From contig JAHDYR010000028.1 in NCBI GenBank assembly GCA_019828565.1, positions 62,001-126,000 of the forward strand: 64,000 nucleotides of DNA, in the 5' to 3' direction. The stretch is from Carpediemonas membranifera BICM. Taxonomy: Eukaryota > Protista > Fornicata. This document shows, one piece after another, positions 34,141 through 46,503 of this stretch; the stretch's first letter is position 1, and each line of letters starts with the position of its first letter. Below the pieces are notes generated by a model, which made no database searches, had not been told where the DNA came from, and saw nothing but the letters and a program-made list of their open reading frames with translations. The position numbers were made by a program, and so were the translations under genes.

Positions 34141-34869
34141 CACGGTGACGCCGAGGACAGTTGTTACCACATATGTCCGCCGGTCGGCCAGACGCACAGG
34201 AGACATATCTTTACGTATTCGACGATGGAATTGCAAAGGTCGGCAGGACTAGGCGATGACGTTGATTCGGTCATAACATCGCATTCTACTCAAGAAATAA
34301 CCCCCTTCCCCAGCTTGGGAGTGTTGCGACGATCTAACTAATGATTCCCCGTCGTCATCCTCATCTTCGTCGGACTCGGACGGGGAGTCTCTGGCCGAAC
34401 GTAATGGCCGCCTCCGTAGGGCCTGGCTCTTTCTGTGAGGGTCGTGCAGTTTACAGCGCGTCACCGGGCAGCTGACTCGGCGGAGTCATTTCCTACAGCG
34501 CCAGCGAAAATACTCCAATTCTATGGCTTCAGGTTCGAATCTGTTGCTCATTAGCAGTGAGAGCGCGGAGAGCACCCAGGGCGACATCTTATTGATGTCC
34601 GACACCGCACTTGCAATCCTCGCGCAGACAGCAGACAAAGCGTGTGGTCTCTCTGGGTGGACGAACGCCCACTATCGCCAGCTGTCCGGCATCGATAAGG
34701 TGCGCATGAGAGACGGGAGGATGATCACCGTCGCCGGGGACGAGATCGGCGAATACCTGGCGTGGGCAATCAACGGAATCTGCGCTGGTGAGGATTGGCC
34801 CAGCGTCTTTGGCCACGGCTACCTATGCCTCCAAAGCCGGGCACGACCAAGCTCCGTCCCATAGGCATC

Positions 34870-35560
34870 AACGAGCCCTTGTACTTGATGGCAGGGGGCC
34901 GTCTGGCCAGAGCTGCACTCGAATGTCTTGAGGAATGGCTGCCGTGACAGTTTGGCCTTGAAGGAAGGTGCGACGTCGAGCGCCTGGCCAATCGGGTGAG
35001 AGCCGCGTATGACGAGGGCAGGTACATCGTCCTGGCGGACTACACCAACGCGTTCAACACTGCCGACAGAGCAGTGATGGAAGCAATGGTGGAGCACGCC
35101 CCCATGCTTGGCCCGTACTTCCGACAATTCTATAGGTCGCCCCGGCTCTCCTATGAGGCGGAGCGAGGCTCTGCTGAGTTTGTGGAGGCCGAGTGTGGCA
35201 CCATTCAGGGGGACAGCCTGGGGCCGCTGTTGTCTTCTCTCGTCATGCGGTGCCGTCACACCTCGTTTCAGCCTGCACCCGCACCCAGAGAAGACGATCA
35301 TCCTCTACCGAGACGGAGAGGACGGGTGCAAGGAGCGCACCACGTACATGGGCGTCCCCACAGGGCCCCCAGCCAACATCAAGGAGAGGACACGGGCAGC
35401 CATCGTGGCCCTCGAGCTCGAAAGGCTTGCCGCCCTCAGATTAGGCGACGACGCACCAGTGCATGACAGGATCTACCTGAAGCCCCAAGATAGCGGGTTC
35501 AGGGACCCTATGGACCATTGGCATGCTGCAGACACGACTTAGCAGCACTGGGAGTGGTGC
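34870..35560 (+). pseudogene. CRE-type RT fragment
   Basis: LADYTNAFN, GTIQGDSLGP, YMGVP. Confidence 0.75.
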
Positions 35561-35574
35561 CTGCCATCGACGAC

Positions 35575-36295
35575 GCCGCGGTGGGGTCTCGAACTGGGAA
35601 CTATGAAGTTCAGCGTGACCCATGTGGCAGGGGAAGCCAACGGAATCGCAGACGGGCTGTCCAGGATGTCCCAGTCGGACGTCGAGCAACTCACAGGCCC
35701 GCAACAAGACGAGATTATCGCGTTATTGTGCGTACCAGATGAAGCAAGCGACGAGACAGAGGAGGGTAATGAGGAGGATGGTGAGACAGAGGAGGGTGAC
35801 ACAGCCAACCAACAGGAAACGGAGGGCAGCACGAGCGGAGAACCGGAACCCCGCCTCTTGTTCAGAGTCGAGCCCAGAGAAGGGAGGACGGAAAAGGGAC
35901 CGGCCATCCCAGAGTCACAGAAGACGCTGCGGTTCAAGGTGGTACACGGACTCGGGCTCGGGCACCAAGGGGCGGCAGAGACCGTTTTTTTGGAAGCTTC
36001 AGGAGCGCGGTCTGTCCTGGGACACAGTGGAGGCCGACGTCAGCAGGATGGTCAAGGAGTGCACGATTTGTCAGAAGGGACGGCAACGACACACACCCGA
36101 CAGCTACCAGGAGCAAGTGAGACTCCCTGCGGCACCATTCAGTCGCGTGTACGCCGACACGATTGTCATGGCGGAGCCTGACCGGGGATTCAAGAACATC
36201 CTCGTCCTGGTCGAAGAGACCACAAGGTGGACGACGTTGTGCCCGCTACGCACGGTCTCGTCAGCAGACACGATCCAGGCGATCAGGGAGAGCCA
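35575..36295 (+). pseudogene. Gypsy RNase H-integrase fragment related to element C
   Basis: ADGLSRM, PAIPESQK, CTICQK, ADTI; homologous to 42650-43390. Confidence 0.85.
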
Positions 36296-37799
36296 TTCCG
36301 TCTCCTGAGCGAGGCCCACACCGCGCTGTCCTGGGCGATTCTCCTCGAGGATCATCTGGTCCCGGCTGCAGTCACTGCCGAAGCGCGCTGGCACACATAT
36401 TCCACCGCATGGGCCGACGAACTCAGAGCGCTGTCTCTCAAGACTCCCACCCTAACCGGCTTCGTCAAGTGTACGGCCATCCTGGCAGCGAAGCTGGGTC
36501 AACACGCGCTCGTGCGCAACGACCCGCCGTCCCCGAGGGTCCTCCAGCGTTGGATCCTCCGTGCAGTGAAGAAGAGCTCCCTGCCCGAAGACGTTGCGGA
36601 GTCCCTCTCTGACATCCTACGGGAGGTACCCACGAGGCTACTGCCCGCGACTGGGTCTTCACGTCCCGTATGTTCGCCCCTGAGGCCTCGGACAACGAGG
36701 CAGAGTCCGACTCTGGCGACGACTGGAAAAGCGCTGTTCGGTCGGCGTTCCGGTCGGTCTTCACCCGGCTCGCCGGCGGTCGCGCCTCACCGCCGGCGAG
36801 CGAAAGGTCAACGCTAGGCCCGCGCCCAGCCCGTCAATCAACCTCGCGCAGGTCTGCTATCAGGTCTTGAACCCACGACCGATCGGATGTCAAGAAGATT
36901 CGACCGCCCACAACGAAAAGTGCACCAATGAGGCGCACCAGAAGAATTTGTGCCATGACTGCGAGGGGCAGCAGCGACGAAAACGGCGCCACCCGCGCGG
37001 TGCAGCAACTAGCCACAGCCGACATCATCAAGTGGGCCCCGCAGAGCGAGACGAACATGCAGCACACCACGGTCGAACTGCGCAAGACCGCCTCGGAAGC
37101 CCTTACAGCCCACCGGACAACGTGCAACATGCCCCAGGTCGACTCAGCGGAGCTGGAAAGGGAGACCGAAGCAATCAAGAACCCCGGCCAAGCCAGGCTC
37201 GTAATCGCCGGCCTGAGAATGGCCGGCCTTATCGAGGACACCGTCGTCCACATCCTCGTCGAAGGCAGGTAAGCGTGGCAAGCGCTCCGCCCAGGCACGC
37301 TAAAGGCCGATATGACAAGCCGACGCAACGTCGACCCAGGTCAGCTACCGGGTCACCTTGTCTTTGACCCGGAGTCTGAGCACAGGTCGGCTTACTGGTC
37401 GTGTTGCACCGGCCGCACGGTCCCGTGCTGAAGCTGACTCTGCCCCTTGTGACGAGCCCCCCTCTGACCTTGAATATGAGCTGGAGTACGCCACAGACGA
37501 CACGACCGCCCGGACCGCACCGGCGACCCCACCAGACGCCCGGGCCCTCATCCGAAAGCACCTGCCAGGCATACCAGGCATGTTCATACCCGCGCTGGTA
37601 TCTGGTAGCAACGTGGCTTGGGCCGAGCTCGCCTCCAACAGGACGCAGGCAAGTGTGCCCAGCCTTAAGGTGCAAGGAACTACCCAGCGCAGCAAGACCC
37701 TCGAACAGAGCACGTCAAGGCAGTCCTCCGACGTGCAGGGGCTGGCAAGCAGAGGAACAGCAGGATCAACGCTCCGATCCGCGAGATCCAGGCTGGCAG

Positions 37800-38600
37800 G
37801 TCCATAAGGCTCCAGGACTACACCCCTGTCTCGCACACCAGCTCCAGAGATCTGTGCACCTCTGCGACGAAGCATACAGGGTTGGGAAGGGCTATCGAGC
37901 CACCCAGCCCGTCTAGCCTCTGCCCAGCGACGACACTATCGCACAGCGGTTCACTGAACTCCACCCAGAGGTGGTCCACCCCTGCCCGGAGGTGTCCAAC
38001 CTCGGCCCCGCTGATGGAGTGACCCTGGTAGAATCCCTGGAAGTCACAGCCCAAGCCATCCACGACGCCATCATGCGGGCGAACGGGATTTCCAGGGAAT
38101 CGTCACCCGGCCTGCCAGGTCTCGACTACGCCCTGCTCCAGCAAATGGTGAGGCAGTCGAAGCGCCGCCTATCCAAGGCCCTTGTGCCGCTGGTCTCTGA
38201 TATCCTCAGCGGCCGGAGTTTCCTCTCCTTCCTGTCTGAGTGCGTTCTAGTCCCACTCGACAAGCCACCGATAGGGGAGGGATGTGCGCCTGGCGTTCGC
38301 CCAATCGCCATTGGCGAGACTATTCGCCGCATTGTGGGTGCTGTGGCAGCCAAGCAAGTACGGAGCCACATCAGCGAGGCCCTGCCAAACCAGTATGGTC
38401 TGGGCGAGAGGGCTGGATGCGAGCGCATCAAAGAGTGGGCCCGCCAGTACTACGAAGGGGGCGCCTACCTGGTGACATTCGATTTCGCAAACGCTTTCAA
38501 CACCGTCTCACGCCCACTGGTACGCAAAGCAGTCGAACGCATCTGTCCTGCCCTCAGGTACTTCATGTACAGTCGCCGGGCCCACCTTTCCCCGACAGGC
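37800..38600 (+). pseudogene. CRE-type RT fragment
   Basis: SPGLPGL, LVPLDK, GVRPIAIGE, QYG, FDFANAFNTVSR. Confidence 0.85.
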
Positions 38601-38695
38601 GGCCTCAACCACATCCAGTCAGTTGGGCACAGCATTTATAAGACTGTCACAGTCATCCAAGGGCCCCCATGTCTATACTGTTAACCCCACATCAT

Positions 38696-41515
38696 TCACC
38701 GCGACAGGTGCCGGAGGGTGACGGCAACCAGGGCAACCCAGGCAGTCGCCTTGCTTGCGAGGATTAACAGGCGAGCATCGCGGAAAATGACGTTAATGAC
38801 AAAGATAAAAATCGACATCTTCTCGCCCGTGGCGAAGTTCGTCTTGTCGCTGCCGAACCACCCCTTGTCCTTGTTCCGCAGGTACCAGGCCCAGGTGCGG
38901 ACGTCGCGCGTGTTGGGCTGGGGGTCGTGTGGGCAGTAGCAGCGGCTGCAGATGCCGGGGACAGCCGTCTTGACGTGGCCATAGTCGAACCAGGTCAACC
39001 TCTCACCGTTGATGCACTCCACCGTCTCGAAGAAGTGGTTCCACGACGAAGACACGCGGCTGACCTTATTCTGCCACACCTTCTTGCCGTCGACGCGGTT
39101 GTAGTAACCCGTCATGTGGTGGATCATCGTGTCGTTGTACACCGCAAGCAGCTTGCCGTGGGTCAAATGAATCGGAGCGTCAATTTGATTGAACGTCGAG
39201 CCGACGAAGGGGATGTCGTGAAGCACGTTGATCGCATAACAGCTGCTGACCTCCTGGTCGCTGTACTGCCAGAACTTGCCGGGGAACTGGCAGCAGTTCG
39301 CCTTGTCAGAGGAAAAGTCGATCAAATCCCGGAAAAGATTAGGCCCGAGTCGAGCGAGGTCGTACTTCGTACACCCGCCGTTGATATGCCAGTCGAGCAT
39401 GGCGGTGTCCTTGGTGTACGTGATGGGGCTAGGGTGCTCGAAGAGGGCGTCGGGGTTCTTCATGACGAACATGTCGATGTCAATCATCGCCATGCGCTTG
39501 ACCGGACGGGACCCGATCTTGCTGAGATATGTGTTAATATTGAGCGAAAGAATGCGCTGGAACGCGCCGAAAAAGGCCTCTGACTGCACAGTCAGGAGCT
39601 TGAGAAGTTCATGGGGCATCGCGTCGTCCACGAATACATACTCTACATTGAGCTCGATAAAGCCGTGCATGATGTCGGGGAACTTCGTCAGGTCGTCGTG
39701 GGACGCGATGATGATGCGCGCCTTGGAGTAGAGGCGGAGGCTGAGCACGAAGGTCAGCGTCTGCCCGGCGTACACGTGGTCGGCCTTGGTCAGCCACACG
39801 ACGTACGCGTCGTCGGCGGGGTTCACCGGGACGCGGCGGGTCGTCATCCACTCAGCGGCCTCGAACCGCTCGTCCAGCGTCATATACATAAAGGGGAAGA
39901 AATTCTCGTATGTAACACCGTAAGTCCCCTCGCGGAAAGACCCAAGCGGCGGCACGGGCCTGGTCATGGGCTCGGGCCGACTGGGGCCTGGATAGAGCAT
40001 GGTCTTGCGGGGGCCGAGGGCCGCGCAGTCGAGCGATCCGTCCTCGGCGACGACGTCGGGGGTGAGTAGCGAGAGGTCCTGGCTTGTCAAGAAGGGGAAC
40101 CAGCCGACGTCGAGTTGGCGCACGGCGGCGATGGCGTCTGCCACGGTCGGCTGGGTGGCGAGGGCGTGGGTGACATGGTCGACGTTGGCATCGCCGTTGG
40201 CAATCACGGCGACGTTCAGGCTGCGGTGGAGCTGGAGCCCAGCTCCGTAAGCCTCTTGGGCGTACTGGGAGCGGAATATGACGCCGGGGTCAAGCAGGGC
40301 CAGCTGGAACCAGCCGGGGTGCTCCCTCTGGAGGCCCTTGATGACGGTGACCAGGTCGTCTTCCCGTCGCGCGTGGGTACGCTTGACCATTCGGACGTCG
40401 CCCATCGCGGTGGCCTTTCGGGCGAAGTCGGTGTCGGTGGAGCTGACGAGCACGCGGACCTGCGGGATGCTCGAGGCGAAGGCGTGGACGTCGTAGAGCG
40501 ACATCAGGAAGCGCTTGCAGTCGCGCTCGGCCTCGGGCGTGTCGGCCCACGTGACGAAGATCGCGGCGTTCGTGCTCTGCGTGTCTGCGTAGGCGAGCGA
40601 TGTGTCGGGCGTCGGCGTCATGTCGGTGTATCGGAAGATCTCGACGGGGGTGGTTGTGGTCATCAGGCCGGCGAACGCGAGGGCGGCGAGAAGCGCCACG
40701 GCTTGCATGATGCGGTGACGCCGCACTGCGGGCGAGATGTCCAGCCGCATGTGCACTCTAAGGTACGCAACGGACAGGGAGAGCGTCGAACCGACTGCGA
40801 TGACAAGGACCTCGGTTGTCGGCGCGACTATGGTCATCAGCACGATGGCGCCGGCCAGAGCGTACGGGAAGAGCAGGACCGGCGTGTCAACGGGATCTGC
40901 CTGCGAGATGGTGACGAAAGCCTGTGCGTGCAGCGCAATGGTCGCTGCGAAGGCGACGCCGATTGTCGCGCAGCATAGGAATGAAGCGGACAGGGGAAGC
41001 AGGGTGATGAGACGAGGCAGGTCGAAGACGACTGCAAGAACAAGCGCGCCAGCAGGGGAGCAGGGAAGCATGTTGGATGTGGATCCGCGCGACCACACGA
41101 GAACAGCTACAGCTATTAACAATGCACTCACAATGGCGCCGGCCAATAAGAAAAGAGAAGACCGTTCGACAACAAAAGCGATCATAGAGGCGACGAATGT
41201 CCATGTCACCAGGGACAGAACTGTCAGTGTGAGCGAGGGAACCGACGCGTTCTTCCAGGAAGAGAGAAAAGCAAGGGACCGATTCCGGTGCCGGTGCTTC
41301 AAGGCCACTGTGGCCGCATAAATGAGTGTAAGAGTTGCTAATGCCACAATCTCGGCCTCTATTAGCGCTTCGTCGCGCCATGGAGGCACCAAGTGACGAA
41401 AAATTGCGGCTGCGACAGGAAGTAGCAGGGCTGTAAGGTAAAGAAGTAATACTACACGTATTCTCGTTGTTGGGTTGTGAAAGCGCACCAGCAATGAGTC
41501 CTCGGATCCTGGCAT
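38696..41515 (-). CDS. Multi-pass membrane protein with a C-terminal GT8-like (GT-A) glycosyltransferase domain
   Basis: ~9 hydrophobic segments in the N-terminal part; IDIDMFVMKNPDALF (DxD), INGG, SDQE, IHHMTG. Confidence 0.75.
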   Translation of the reverse strand: MPGSEDSLLVRFHNPTTRIRVVLLLYLTALLLPVAAAIFRHLVPPWRDEALIEAEIVALATLTLIYAATVALKHRHRNRSLAFLSSWKNASVPSLTLTVLSLVTWTFVASMIAFVVERSSLFLLAGAIVSALLIAVAVLVWSRGSTSNMLPCSPAGALVLAVVFDLPRLITLLPLSASFLCCATIGVAFAATIALHAQAFVTISQADPVDTPVLLFPYALAGAIVLMTIVAPTTEVLVIAVGSTLSLSVAYLRVHMRLDISPAVRRHRIMQAVALLAALAFAGLMTTTTPVEIFRYTDMTPTPDTSLAYADTQSTNAAIFVTWADTPEAERDCKRFLMSLYDVHAFASSIPQVRVLVSSTDTDFARKATAMGDVRMVKRTHARREDDLVTVIKGLQREHPGWFQLALLDPGVIFRSQYAQEAYGAGLQLHRSLNVAVIANGDANVDHVTHALATQPTVADAIAAVRQLDVGWFPFLTSQDLSLLTPDVVAEDGSLDCAALGPRKTMLYPGPSRPEPMTRPVPPLGSFREGTYGVTYENFFPFMYMTLDERFEAAEWMTTRRVPVNPADDAYVVWLTKADHVYAGQTLTFVLSLRLYSKARIIIASHDDLTKFPDIMHGFIELNVEYVFVDDAMPHELLKLLTVQSEAFFGAFQRILSLNINTYLSKIGSRPVKRMAMIDIDMFVMKNPDALFEHPSPITYTKDTAMLDWHINGGCTKYDLARLGPNLFRDLIDFSSDKANCCQFPGKFWQYSDQEVSSCYAINVLHDIPFVGSTFNQIDAPIHLTHGKLLAVYNDTMIHHMTGYYNRVDGKKVWQNKVSRVSSSWNHFFETVECINGERLTWFDYGHVKTAVPGICSRCYCPHDPQPNTRDVRTWAWYLRNKDKGWFGSDKTNFATGEKMSIFIFVINVIFRDARLLILASKATAWVALVAVTLRHLSR

Positions 41516-41553
41516 TCAGTTGCCGTACTCCGCAGCTTATGACGAGCAGTTCA

Positions 41554-44500
41554 TGTGCTATTGAAGGGTCAAACAATGTGTTTACTGAGGAGGTTTAGAC
41601 CCGTGGTGGTGTAAATGGTCCAAACTAGGGGATTTGAATGCATCACTACCCCCCCTCCTTCAATGCGATGTCTAATCCTGCCGAGTGCCATTTGATTGGC
41701 GGGCCGACATTCTGAGCTTCAAATCATCAAACCGCTTCATGGCTTCCTCTAGGGGTGTATTCACCTGCAGGTACTGCTGAAGTATCGCATTGCCTCTCAT
41801 ATCCTCGTCTGTTGGGTTTCTCCACGTGTCGTCTGCTGGTTCGTATCCTAACCAGCGCACCTTCACCTCTGGCGTCTTCATCACGTCCTTCTTGATCCTG
41901 TGCGTGACGATCTCTTTGATATACGTGTGCATACGGTCCTTGGCGCATTCTGCCTTCGCCTTCTCCTCATCCCAGTCGCCTTCTGCGAGCTTCAGATGCT
42001 TCACGTGCTTCTTATACGTCTTGTTCGTCTCGGGGTCCCTTATCACGAACGAGCTGGCGTTTCCAGGTGCCTTCTTGACCACCTGAAGTGGGCCTCTCCA
42101 TCGTAGCTGGTACTTCCCTCTCTGTTCTGCATCCCTGTCGACCATGACCCACGCCTTGGCTGTGATACGGGTCGGTGTCCTCTTGTTGTGCTTGTCCTGT
42201 CTGGCCTTGGCCGCGTCGTACGTCTTCTTCGCCGCGTCCCTGCGCTGTTGAGCTCTCATCTTCTCGTTCCGGACCATCTTGTCAATGACGTCCGTAACGT
42301 CGGCTCTCTCCTGGTTCGACAGTGTCATCTTCCCTTCCCGCTCTGTGGACACCACTAGCTTCCAGGGTGACGTGCCTGTCGTGGCAGATCTAGCCTGGTT
42401 GATGATGTTCTGAACCGCTGGCAGTAGGCCCATCCATTGCTTCGTGCCGCGCTGATGCATCTCGTCCCTGAGGTGGCGGTTCACTTCGCGATTCCTGCGC
42501 TCAACGATCCCATTCTCCTCGTGATGGTACGGGGTGGTCGTCTTCGCGCCCCCGCCTAGCTCTGCCGCGAACGACTTGAACTCCTTCGAGTCGAACTGCC
42601 GTCCGCTATCGGTCACCCACTCGACCGGGGGCGGGAAGTGTGTGAGGTATCTTTCCCTGATTGCTCTGATGGTGGCGGCGGAGGTCACCGTCTTCAGTGG
42701 GCACAGGGTGACCCACCTCGTCGACTCCTCCACCAGCACCAGGATGTACCGGTAACCCTGGTCTGCCTCTGCCATGTTGATGGTGTCGGCGAACACGCGA
42801 CTGAACGGCGACGCTGGCATGCGCAGCTGCTCCTGATATTGCTCGCGTGACCGGTGTTCGGCGTTCTTCTGGCACACGGGGCACTCCTTAACCATCCTCT
42901 GGACGTCCGTGTCCGCAGTGTCCCAGCGCAATCCCTTATCCTCGAGCTTCCACAGCGTCTGGTCAACCCCGTGGTGACCGGTGCCAGGTCCGTGAACGGA
43001 CTTGAAGCGTGGCAGCTTCTGGGACTCGGGTATGGCCGGGAACGTGCCCTCCTCTTCGGGCTCGGCGTCAAGGGTGTCGCCCTCGTCTGTCCCGGCTGCT
43101 TCCTCGGTGTCGCTTTCGTCTGCCTCGTCGCGCTCGCGGTCAGGCTGTCCTGCCGCCTCTTCGCGGAACCGAACTCTCGGCTCGTCGGCGGCGACTTCTT
43201 CCGACTCTTCCTCCGCTGCGTCGACTGCACACATCACGGACACGATCGCACCCTGCTGCTCTGGTGTCAGGCTCTCGGCTTCTGCGCGGGGCATTCTGGA
43301 CAGGCCGTCCGCGACCGTATTAGACTTACCAGGCACGTGGGTGATGCTGAACTTGAGGTTGCCCAGCTCAAGTGCCCAGCGCTGCACCATGGGGTCGACG
43401 TTGCCCCACGTGTACACGAGGTTACGGTGGTCCGTGAACATCTCAAACTCCCCTTGTGGCTAGGAACCGTCTCATCTTCCTCGTGGCCGCTATGATGGCG
43501 AATGCCTCCTTGCGGTAGGTGCTCCACTTGCGCTGGCTTGCTGTCAGGGCCTTGGAGAAGAACATCACAGGTCGCTTCGACCCGTCGTCCTCGACTCTGA
43601 CCAGCACTGCGCCGACACCGGTGTCGGACGCGTCGGTGAACAGCTGTAGGCGGTCGTCAGGGCCCGGTGTGACCAACAGTGTGGGGGAGGTGACGATCTT
43701 CTTCAGTCTCTTGAACGCCTCTCTCTGGGGGTCGCCCCACACGAACGTCTGGCCCTTGATCTCCAGCTTGCGGATCGGCTCGGTGATGTCCGCGTAGCCG
43801 GGGATGAACTGGGAGAAGAAGTTGAAGATGCCCAATGTGGACCTGACGTCACTCACGTTTGTCGGGTCGGGCAGCTCCTGGACACCCTGGACGCGCCATG
43901 GGGGATGCGCTTTCCTTCCGCCGACACTATCCATCCGAGGTACTCCACCTCCGTCAACCCGAAAAAGCACTTGTTCTTGTTGAGCTTCAGCTTCTTCTCT
44001 CGCACCCGGTCCATCACCCGCATCAGGTTCGCCTGGTACTCTTCCCAGGTCGACCCATAGACGATGATGTCGTCCACGTACACAAGACACGCCGTGCCCA
44101 GCATGTCCGCGAAAGCCTCCTCTAAGGCCTCTTGCATATGGCCAGCCGCGGTGGCAAGGCCGAACGGCATCGTAGTGTAGGTATAGTGCCCCTTGGAGTA
44201 CGTGAACGCCAGGTACTCCTGTGTGTCGGGGTGCACCGGGACCTGATGGAAGGCCTTGCTGAGGTCAAGTGCTGCGAAGTACTTGTTGCCCCTCAGCCTC
44301 TCGATCAGCTCTTCCGTCGACGGCAAGTCGTGCTGAGTCATGGACGCCAGGAGCTCGTTCAGTGGCGAGTAGTCCATGCACGGCCGCCACGTCCCGGCCT
44401 TCTTCCGCACCATGACCACTGAGCTGCTCCAGGGAGACTTGGTTGGGATGATGATCCCGCTTTCCTCCAGCTTCTGCATCTCTGACCGGAGTTCATCCTC

Positions 44501-46198
44501 CACCTGTCTTGGGAACCTTCGGGGCAGACGGAAGTAGGGTCGGGCGTCCTTCTTCAGCGTGACCTTGAACGGCTTAAGGTCTGCTGGTTCGCCTGCATCG
44601 CCGAAGCAGTCGCTGTATCTCTCGGCCCAGTCCTCTGTGAGCTTGGAGATGACCTGGATGGGGTCTGCTTCGGTGTCAAGGTTGCGGTTGATTAGGCCGA
44701 GGGAGTCAATCACCTCCATGTTGATGAGGAACGACTCGGCCTTGTCCATCGCATACCAGGTCGGCGTCGCGGTGACCTCTCTGTCGAGGTGGAGGGTGAT
44801 CGGCACATCTGACAACACTCGGTAGACCCTCCTCATCGACTCGTCAGCCAAGCGGACTGTCTCGCCCCGCGTGGCGATCTTCAGTCCCTTCTCGACGGCC
44901 CAGTCCCTCGGCACGACGCTGAACGAGGAGCAGGTGTCCATGCGGACGATCAACTCTTCGCCCAGCAGACTGGCCTTCTCCTGCCAGATAGTCTTGGACG
45001 CTAACATAAAACAGAAAGGATACTCAGATGGCTTTACAACTGTGCACTGGTGCGACTTGTGGCCGAACTCGCCGCACCTGAAGCACTTCGGCTCCTCGTG
45101 TGGGCAGTCGGCCGAGTCGTGACCCTTTTCGCCGCAGTTGAAGCAGCCGCGGCCCACTTGCCGCCGCTCAGGCTTGGCCCCCTCGGCCGCGCCGTCATTG
45201 CGTCTGCGCTCTCCCGTCCTCGCTGGCATCTTCCGCTCCTCTCTCGGCTTGCTCTGCAGTGACTCGAGCTGCTTCTGTAGGGCCGCGAGCCGGCTGCTCG
45301 GCACCAGGTCAAACTCTCGCATGGCATCTGTTCGGGCCCGTAGGTACTTTGCTATGACCTTCAACGACTTCGCGACTGTTGACTTGGAAAGAACAACAGA
45401 GCGAAGAGACGATGCGATCGTCTCGTCATCGAGGCTCGCCAGAACGATCTCCTGGAGCTCTCTAGCATCCAGGGATCCGACCTTCTCGAACAGATCTACC
45501 ATATCCGTGAACACATGGCGGTAACGGGTGAAAGAGGTCTCACGGAGCTTGCGAAGCTCGCGGTACGCGCGCTGAAGACTGATATTGGTTAGTGTGGCCT
45601 CAGCCATCACCACCCAGCGCTCATCGCGCTTCCTCCTCGTTGTCTTCGCCTCCTTCTTCTCTTGGTCTTGAGCCATGATGTACCGGAGCAAAGCGTCGTC
45701 CCGGGCGGTCGTCTTGCCGCTTGTCTTCTTCTTCCGGGCCGGGTTAGCGATGAGTGTGCTCCGGGCGTCATCCTCGGAGTCGCTCTGGGCGTGCGCGTCT
45801 TCGCCGCCCCTGCTGCTGTCGCTACCCTCGTTGGCGCTGAACATCTCCTCGTCGTCTTCACTCGAGCTGTCAGAGCTGTCATCGGAGCTTTCGTCGTCCT
45901 CCAGAGCTTGGTATGCGTCCTTGATACTTGTTCTCACTTTCGCGTCGATGCACTCGAAGAGGGTCTTCGGCTTGACCTCATCTTCAGCATAGAGTGCGTA
46001 GCTCATGCGGAACCTCACCCAGTCGGCTGCAGTGTGCCGGAGATACTTCGGGTAAGTCCCTTTTGGGTCGTCGTCATCGTCATCCTTCTTCATGCGTAGT
46101 AATTACTGTGCTATTGAAGGGTCAAACAATGTGTTTACTGAGGAGGTTTAGACCCGTGGTGGTGTAAATGGTCCAAACTAGGGGATTTGAATGCATCA
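41554..46198 (-). mobile_element. Full-length Ty3/gypsy chromovirus C with identical 92-bp LTRs, 5-bp TSD GTTCA and PPT
   Basis: LTRs 41554-41645 and 46107-46198 (TG...CA); GTTCA at 41549 and 46199; purine tract at 41646-41661. Confidence 0.97.
41672..46093 (-). CDS. Element C gag-pol (two frameshifts at homopolymers ~43900 and ~43450)
   Basis: CCHC x2, DTC protease, YVDD, TDAS, integrase, chromodomain VRWLGYEPADDTW. Confidence 0.9.
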
Positions 46199-46503
46199 GT
46201 TCAGACGGCGACGCTGAGGCCTTGCGCACGCAGGGCCAAGCCGAGTTGGACAGGCTCCTGGCAGAGCGTGCGAAGCTCATCATAGTCAGCATGAGCCGCA
46301 GTTCCCGCACTGTCACTCGACTTAGGGGCTGAGAACACCGCTCGTGCAAGCAACAAGACGGCCGATGATGCAAGTCGGCCTTACAGAGAGGCCCGTCTCC
46401 TAGCAAGTGCATCCGGTCATGCCCCGCCGGCATTCATGGTAACATGCTTTAACGCTTCGGCTGGTGAGCCATCAGACAATCAAATGATTGCTGACAACAC
46501 TCT

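Noticed and set aside
43440-43910. Programmed frameshifts in element C (and in B at ~21490)
   Set aside because: They lie mid-domain in G/C homopolymers, consistent with sequencing error or mutation.
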